From: Octopus sinensis
Lineage: Eukaryota
Direction: 5' to 3'
Length of the DNA stretch: 42,345 nucleotides
NCBI RefSeq assembly: GCF_006345805.1
Contig: NW_021835027.1
Coordinates: forward strand, 1-42,345
The notes under the pieces were generated by a model. The model saw only the letters and a program-made list of their open reading frames with translations. It was not told the DNA's origin and searched no databases. Both the position numbers and the translations under genes were made by a program. Positions 34,613 to 42,345 of this stretch are shown piece by piece; position 1 is the first letter of the stretch; each line of letters begins with the position of its first letter.

Positions 34613-34647
34613 GTTTCTGACGAAGAGCTCCGCTTGAAAAGTTAAAT
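34613..34647 (+). ncRNA. Degenerate minimal hammerhead motif
   Basis: guuu-CUGACGA-agagcuccgcuu-GAAA-aGUU-aaau; stem III disrupted. Confidence 0.35.
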
Positions 34648-34750
34648 CCTCCTTCTTTCTTTTCTTTCCTTTTCTGAGCGTCCAATAACACTATACTTTT
34701 CCCACTTCCTCGCATTGTTGTGTTCTCTCTTTGTTCATGTTTGATTAACT

Positions 34751-34837
<87 letters not shown>

Positions 34838-34990
34838 TACGACAGGCTTCCATACAGTTTCTGTCTACGAAATTCATCCACAAGACAGTGGTTTGCTCAT
34901 GGCTATTGAAGAAGACATTTGCTCAAGATACCGCACAGTGGGACTGAACCCAAAACCACGTAGTTGCAAAGCGAGCTTCTAAGCTACACG
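34838..34990 (-). mobile_element. Degenerate tRNA-derived SINE
   Basis: Similar to 728-892. Confidence 0.72.
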
Positions 34991-35264
34991 GCTTTGGTCT
35001 GCTTGTTACTTTTCTTGTTTGGTACTTATAATTGGGCACGACATAACTGAATGATCAAGAAAGTCATCTTGCAATCGTTAAGTCCAGGGTTCGATTCTAA
35101 TGCGTGGAATTGTGGACGCGTGTCTTTAACCACATCTTCGGGTTGACACAAGCTGTGGAGACCCAGTCGGATGGATAATACCTGTAAATTCAAAATTAGG
35201 CCTAGTATGTTGATGCCCACTTTAGAAGTATGTTAAGTTTTACGTGTCTGCAATATACTCGGCC

Positions 35265-35476
35265 GATATTCTTTTCAAATTTTGGCACAGGGCCAGCAAA
35301 TTCGGGGGTAAGTTGATTATATCGGCCCCAGTACTCATTTGGTACTTGTTTTATCGACCCCGAAAGGATGGAAGGCAAAATCGACCTCGGCGGAATTTGA
35401 ACTCAGAACGTAAGACGGACGAAATGCTGCTAAGTATTTTGTTCGGCGTACTAACGACCCTGCCGGCTCGCCGACT
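35265..35476 (-). mobile_element. SINE (aggcggcgagctggcag family), diverged
   Basis: Reverse complement resembles 26820-26990. Confidence 0.8.
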
Positions 35477-35865
35477 TTACACTCGGCCATGTTAAATGCT
35501 TATTCAATGAGTAAGTAGTACTCATCGTCGAAACCGATGGATGACCATTTTTTTTCGTTGATACTTTATTTTATTGACTAAGAGGTGTTTCATCCTGCAT
35601 CATATTTGATTTATTTCATAGGTGTGTTACATACCTTTCTAACACACCTTTATTAAGCAGGTGATGACGTGTGTGTATATGAGTGAGTGTAAATGTGTGC
35701 ATGCGTTCGAGGGTGTGTGTGTGTGTACGTGTGTGTGTCTGTGTGTCTGTGTGTGTGTGTGTATGTGTGTGTGTACAATTTATTTATCTTTATCTAAAGG
35801 AAAATCAACATGCTGGGACACCAACCATCTTTGAGTAATATATATATATATACAGATAAATTGTA

Positions 35866-36168
35866 GTGAAGGCACATAGCTTAGTGGTCAAGGTATTCGG
35901 CTCACGATTGCAACGTCGTAAGTTCAATTCTTGGCGACGCGTTATGTCCTTCAGCGAGATACTTTAGTTCACGTTGCTCCAGTCCACTCGGCTGGCAAAA
36001 AGGAGTAGTGCCTGTATTTCAAAGGGCAAGCCTTATCACATTCTGTTTTACGCTGAATTTCCCTGAGAAATACGTTAAGGGCACGCGTGTCTGTGGGGTG
36101 CTCAGCCACTTACACGTTAATTTCACGAGCAGGCTGTTCCGTTAATCGAGTCAATGGCACCCTCATCA
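35866..36168 (+). mobile_element. tRNA-derived SINE (4390-4712 family)
   Basis: Colinear similarity with 4390-4690. Confidence 0.82.
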
Positions 36169-36234
36169 ACAGGTGCGGGGACAACACAGATAGATTGTAA
36201 CTGATCACGTGTTACACTATATTACACAAGCAAT

Positions 36235-36570
36235 CCGTCGATTGTCGACTGTGGCTGTCCATACGAATTATTTTCAGTCGTACCTGGTGTGTTTGAAGTG
36301 AAACGATTTCTTTTTCCGGTTTATGCCCTCAATTGTGGTGGTCCAGTTTCCAGTATCAATATCCAATCTTCTCGTGTTATTTTATGTTATAAAAATCCCA
36401 ATTTTATATGTTATACTCAATCATAATTTTATATTGGAGGTCTACCCAAAATTTCTCGTACTACTAGGCTACTCTGAGCAAAGTATTTGACTTGGTCATC
36501 GAATTTGTTTCTTCCTTTCTTTAAACATGCCCAACCCAGCTGAGATTCGTTGCACCAACATTTCTTCCAT
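36235..36570 (-). mobile_element. Possible ancient RTE 3' relic
   Basis: LSWVGHV*RK..GRP-like translation, resembling the RTE C-terminal LRWAGHV.R..GRP; heavily decayed. Confidence 0.35.
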
Positions 36571-36714
36571 GGGAGAAAACTTTACTTTCTACAGAAAGAA
36601 AGTTTTTTTTTTTTTTACCTCAACATGTCTTTCTTTCTATGTAATGTTCATGATCAGTTTCCAGTCTTTTGTCATGGAATTTTCCAGCAGGTTTTTTTTA
36701 TATTTTCTTTTTTA

Positions 36715-36925
36715 TCCTTTACTTGTTTCAGCCATTGGACTGTAGCCATTCTAGGGCTTCGCCCTGAAGAGTTTTTAATCGAATGAATCGACATCAGTAC
36801 TTTTTTTAAACCTGATAGTTAATCTATCGGTCTCTTTTTCCGAACGCTAAGACACGGGGCCGTAAACAGACTAACACCGGTCGTCAAGCGGTGGTGGGAA
36901 ACAAACACAGACACAAACACACACA
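36715..36925 (-). mobile_element. Degenerate SINE 3' half
   Basis: Tail cagtccaatggctgaaacaagtaa on the minus strand; body like 4110-4300. Confidence 0.7.
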
Positions 36926-37334
36926 AGCACACACACAATATATATATATATATATATATATATAGAACATGTGCCAGTTAAGCGATGCTGGCAATGATCA
37001 TGCTCGAATGGTACTTTTCCCATGTCACCGGCATGGGAGCAAATCCGTGGCTCTGGCAATGATCACGCTCGGATGTGCTTTTAACGTTCCACTTGCATGA
37101 GTGCCAATCAGGCAGTACTATCATCGGCCACATCAGCGATTTTGATTTGTTTACACTTGCCTCAATAATACTTCGCAAACAAAATTCATTGTCCAATGAA
37201 TGAGGGGTACCCATAAGTGGGCCGGTTACACCCCACGTTCGGATGTGCTGTTAATGTTCCACTGGAATGAGTGCCAATCAGGCGGTACTGTCATCGGTCA
37301 CGTCAGCAATTTTGATTTTTATTTCACTTGCCTC

Positions 37335-37790
37335 GCAACTTTCCAGCAAGTCCTCGGAATTTTCCAGAATGTCCCATCTTCGGAACTTTCCAGGAAGTAT
37401 CTTATCCTCGGAACTTTCCAAGAAATCCTCAGAATTTTACATGAAGTCCCATTCTCGGGACTTTCAGGAAGTCTCATCCTCGGAACATTCCTGGAAATCA
37501 TCGGAATTTGCCAGGAGGTCTCATCCTCGGAATTTTCCTGGAAGTTTCATTCTCGGAAATTTCGAGGAAGTATCTCAACATTGGAACTTACCAGGAAATA
37601 CTCGGAATTTTCCATGAAGACTCATCCTCGGAACTTCCCATGAAATCCTTGAAATTTTCCAGGAAGTATCATTCTCGGAATTTTCCAGGAAGTTTAATCC
37701 TTGGAACTTTCCATGAAACCCACGGAATTTTCCAAGAAGACTCATCATTGGGACTTTCCAGGACGTCCTTGGAAATTTCCAGTACGCAAC
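37335..37790. repeat. Degenerate minisatellite of ~19-26-bp units, core ctcggaa(c/t)tttccaggaa
   Basis: About 20 imperfect units visible. Confidence 0.9.
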
Positions 37791-37894
37791 TTGTACTTGG
37801 GCTCTTTTGGAGAATCCCTAAGTTCCGGGGATGCAATCATACCAGCACCGATTGTCAAGCGATTGTCACAAACACACACACACGCACACACACG

Positions 37895-38110
37895 TGTGAC
37901 TGGTTTCTTTCAGTTTCTATCTACCAAATCCATTCGCAAGGCTTTGGTCAGTTCTAGGTTATAGTAGAGGACACTTGCGGATGGTACCACGCAGTGGGGG
38001 TGAACCCGGAACCATGTGGTTGGGAAGCAAGGTTCTTATTTCTTTATTACACACAAGGAGCTAAACATAGAGGGGACAAACAAGGACAAAGGGATTAAGT
38101 CGATTATATC
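37895..38110 (-). mobile_element. Two abutting SINE fragments (728-892 family plus 3' end of the aggcggcg family)
   Basis: gtttctttcagtttc..gaacccggaaccatgtg joined to tttctttatt..ggggacaaacaaggac. Confidence 0.7.
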
Positions 38111-38153
38111 GACTTAATCCACTCCTGCGTTTATATATATGTATATATATATG

Positions 38154-38244
<91 letters not shown>

Positions 38245-38699
38245 ATGTAGATGTATATGCATATATGCATATGTATATATATATATATGTGTATGTATGT
38301 ATGTATGTATGTATGTATGTATGTGTATATATGTATGTATGTATGTATATGTATGTATGTTTATATATGTACATATACGTGTGTGTGTGTACGTATATGT
38401 ATATGTCAAATCCCTCCACCCACTTTGTCTGCCTCTCAGTCTCCTTATCGCTCATCCTCGTACCCAAACTATATCAACCAGCTATATATGGTTAGATAAG
38501 TTTCAGCTTCCTGTTCACTGTTTCATCAGAGACTTTGCAGAAACTATAGCAAGAATACAAGGCTGTTGTGTTTATGATTTTTCTCTCTGCTTGTGGTTCT
38601 TCTATTTATTATCAAAAGAGCAACAGTTACCTCTCCGAGACGCATTTATAAATGATGCATACATACATACATACATACATACATACATACATACATACA

Positions 38700-38735
<36 letters not shown>

Positions 38736-38989
38736 TAGATACGTGTGTGTGTACTGGATGTATGCTACTGACTGCACCCAAAAGAGATTTTGAGAAAAAA
38801 ATGAGAGTCGACAGGGGAAAGGAAAGTTGTGTGAGGTCCCTAAACATTGATAGTTGAAGTACTTGCAGTAGATAGCCTTCGGGACCTCTCTCTTTCTCTC
38901 ATTCTCTCTCTCTCTCATCTCCTCTCTCTCTCTCTCTCTCTCTCCTCTCTCTCCATAGTCTCTATCTCTCGTCTTCCCTCTCTCCTCTG

Positions 38990-39088
<99 letters not shown>

Positions 39089-39167
39089 ATCATATATATA
39101 TACATATATATATACATATATAATATTTAATATATATATATTATATAGATATTTTATATATATATAT

Positions 39168-39331
39168 ATATAAAATATTATTTGAGACAAACCCACTATT
39201 TTGCAAAACAACCAAGGAAGACTTAATCATACATAAAATTTAATAATTTGACTATTATTAAATTTTATTTATTGATTAAGTCTTTCCTTGTTTGTTTTGC
39301 AATAGTGGTTTTGTCTCAATAATATTTTATA
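39168..39331. repeat. ~160-bp imperfect palindrome
   Basis: tataaaatattatttgagacaaacccactatt..aagacttaatca versus tgattaagtctt..aatagtggttttgtctcaataatattttata; inner ataaaatttaataat/attattaaattttat. Confidence 0.88.
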
Positions 39332-39414
39332 ATATTTTACTATAAAATTGGATTTAATCTAAATCTATTTTTTTTTTCCCCGTGTAATTGGATATTTCCC
39401 TAATTTTATTATAA

Positions 39415-39464
<50 letters not shown>

Positions 39465-39738
39465 TATATATATAATATAATATATTATACATATATGTAT
39501 TAGCTTAATTAACGCACACACAAAATGTGCGGGTACGTTCATCCTGAGTGCGCGAGTACTTGTAGAAAGAAGTACACGCATAAATACGCGCACACACACA
39601 CGCAAATATATATACACACACATAAACATATATGTGTTTTGTGTGTGTGTGTATATACATACATACATAGATATTCTTTTACTTGTTTCAGTCACTGGAT
39701 TACGACCATGCCAGGTCACCGACCTGAAGGGTTTAAAC

Positions 39739-39970
39739 CAGTGTTTCTCAACCCTATTTTACTCGTCGACTCCTTCAATCCCCATTTCGCTCAAGTGAAC
39801 CCTCATACCCATTCGATGTTTAAAAAGTCGTGTTATGTGTTTAGAATTAAATATCGTTAGAAATTATATTAATTTTTATTTTTTAATATTTTGTGTATTG
39901 CCCATAAATTTTAGCAACAAAATCTTATATGAACCCCTAACGGCCAAATGGACTCTGGTTGAGACCATTG
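39739..39970. mobile_element. hAT-type MITE inserted in a SINE
   Basis: TIRs cagtgtttctcaacc / ggttgagaccattg; candidate 8-bp TSD gtttaaac / gtttagtc (6/8). Confidence 0.65.
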
Positions 39971-40077
39971 GTTTAGTCGAGCAAATCGTTTCCGGTACTT
40001 ATTTTTAAATCTGGTACAATTTATATCTTTGTATTTTACCGAACCGCTAATTTACCGGGAGATAAATAAGCCAACAT

Positions 40078-40158
<81 letters not shown>

Positions 40159-40177
40159 AATAGGCTCAGAAATATAT

Positions 40178-40472
40178 TAGTGGTCACGATTGTAAGGTCG
40201 TAAGTTAGATTCCCGACGACGCGTTGTGTCCTTGAGCAAGACACTTTATTTCACGTTGCTTCAGTCCACTCAGCTGGCAAAAATGAGTTGTACCTGTATT
40301 TCAAAGGGCCGGCCTTGTCACACTTTGTGTCACGCTGAATCTCCCTGAGAACTACGTTAGGGGTACGCGTGTCTGTGGATTCCTCAGTCACTTGCACGTT
40401 AATTTCATGAGAAGACTGTTCCGTTGATGGTATCACCTGGGACCCTCGTCGTCGTAACCGACGGAGTGCTCC
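40178..40472 (+). mobile_element. tRNA-derived SINE (4390-4712 family)
   Basis: Colinear similarity, same gtcgtaaccgacggagtgctcc end. Confidence 0.85.
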
Positions 40473-40478
40473 TATATA

Positions 40479-40510
<32 letters not shown>

Positions 40511-40799
40511 CACCGTGACCAACCAGGCTATCAGATGTTGCTACACATCGCTGTCACAATGCGCTTCGCATTGTTTTAGCCTTCAACAGACGCCACTTGG
40601 CTAAGCGAGCAGGCCAACAGAAGAGTGAGAGCAAGTTGCGGCGAAAGAGTACAGCAGGGATCTCCATCCCACACCCCTGCCGGAGCTCGTGTAGTTGTAG
40701 GCGTTTTCGCTCAATAAACACTCACAACACCCTGTCTGGGAATCGAAATCGCAATCCTACGACCGCGAGTCTGCTGCCCTAACCATTGGGCCATTGCAC

Positions 40800-40802
<3 letters not shown>
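40511..40802 (-). mobile_element. tRNA-derived SINE (separate family)
   Basis: Minus head gaggtgcaatggcccaatggttagggcagcagactcgcggtcgtagg..ttcgattccc followed by a non-tRNA body. Confidence 0.78.
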
Positions 40803-40888
<86 letters not shown>

Positions 40889-40991
40889 AATACAGATAAA
40901 GGGTGAAATATAATTAATTTAATAAAATCAACAAATTTCACCTAGTAGTATTTCGGTATGGAAAAGGACCATATTCGGTAAAAATTTATAT

Positions 40992-41235
40992 AATTATAAT
41001 AATAAGGGTTTTTTGCAACAAGTTGCTTGAACCACATACCGAAAATATTAGAAATCCGAAGACTGCGTGGTTTCGTTGTTTTTCTTTTTTTTTTTTTGCC
41101 ACATGTGAGTCACAAATATTGTCTGTGGAGACTTATTTTTGTAGTAAAAGGAAATAGTAGTCCTTTGACTGTTATTTCTAATATTTTCGGTATGTGGCTT
41201 AAGCAACTTGTCGCAAAAAACCCTTATTATTATAA
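40992..41235. repeat. Inverted repeat, ~62-bp arms with ~118-bp spacer
   Basis: ataataataagggttttttgc..ccacataccgaaaatattagaaat versus atttctaatattttcggtatgtgg..gcaaaaaacccttattattat. Confidence 0.88.
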
Positions 41236-42081
41236 CTATATATATATATATATATAAATATACATATAGGCTCAGAAGAATAATTATATGGTTAAGAATC
41301 TCGCTTGGCTATCACGTGGTTTCGTCTCTGATTAACACGCACTGATCAGCACCTCGGGCTTGTGCCGTCTACTATAGTTCCAAGCCGGCTTATACCATGA
41401 GAATGAATCTGGTTGACAGAAACTGTGTGGAAGCTCATCGTATATGCATATAAGCTCTTGTATGTTTGTGTTTGCACCTCATACTTCTCCCACCAGTAGC
41501 TTGACTACAAATGTTTGGCTTATTCATCTCCCGGTAACTTAGCGGTTCGGTATAATACAAGGATATAAAATAAGTACCGGACAACATTTACTCGACTAAA
41601 CCAATGGTCTCTGCCAGGATCCATTTGGCCGTTAGGTGTTCATATATTTAAAAAAATATGATTTTCCATTTATTAATTAACGGAACGCTACGTACCCTTG
41701 ATTTTATTTACAGTAAGTGTTTTATATATATATCATATATATTATGGCTATCCCTTCATCATTCAGTCCGGGACTATAGTAGAAGTCACTGGCCCGAGGT
41801 GCTGGTCAGTGGATGTTATTATGGATATCCCTTCATCAGGGATATCCATAATATCCAAGAAACAGCTGTAAGACTATATCTATATATTTTTCCTTATAAA
41901 TGTCCTAAAAACTACTCACAGTCTTGACTTTGTTATCACATTTTGTCTAATAAATATATGCATGCTAATACAAGACCTACATTAGACTCTTCACTCGTAT
42001 CACTATTGAACGAAGAACTGTCAGTCCATAGAACTTATTTAGCGTTACCTGCCACTCCTTGGGTCTTCTAGATACCAATAC

Positions 42082-42134
<53 letters not shown>

Positions 42135-42345
42135 AATGAAGAAAATGCTGACAAAATAATTTAAGTAAGGGAGAGTGTATTTAATTAGGTGAAAGTTCTT
42201 TTTAACCGGTTGCGCATTTGTTATGCTTATCAAAAGATATTTTTTAAGAGAGATAGAATTCCTTTCTCATAAGATTTTTTTCTCTTATATGTGAGAAATA
42301 TATATGAGAACACATATAAGAGAAAAAAATCTATCAGAAAGGAAC

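Noticed and set aside
38495-38535. CUGAUGA..GAAAC on the minus strand
   Set aside because: Stem II has one pair only and no triplet is followed by a stem I partner.
1166-39860. Dozens of ORFs rich in YI, VC, HT and SIYL repeats
   Set aside because: They are translations of (TA)n, (CA)n and (GATA)n microsatellites, with no domain content.
40730-40802. tRNA gene
   Set aside because: It is a SINE head with A/B boxes but no complete cloverleaf; the same applies to the other SINE heads.

Overview
AT-rich eukaryotic DNA made almost entirely of repeats. The SINE families and the (TA)n/(CA)n/(GATA)n load suggest an octopus or other cephalopod genome (inference). No host gene, rRNA, true tRNA or CRISPR array is supported. 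Contents: several Penelope-like retroelement (PLE) copies and fragments, a near-complete HERO-type RLE non-LTR retrotransposon, an RTE, a CR1-group LINE, a pogo/Tigger DNA transposon, a hAT MITE, a composite non-autonomous Helitron carrying gag/ORF1-like cargo, many tRNA-derived SINEs and several long palindromes. The main hidden signal is RNA structure. At least four unrelated hammerhead ribozymes have intact cores and several more are degenerate. The 3' UTR of the HERO element also holds all three hammerhead core segments in a non-circularly permuted order. All structures and alignments were done by eye and are untested.
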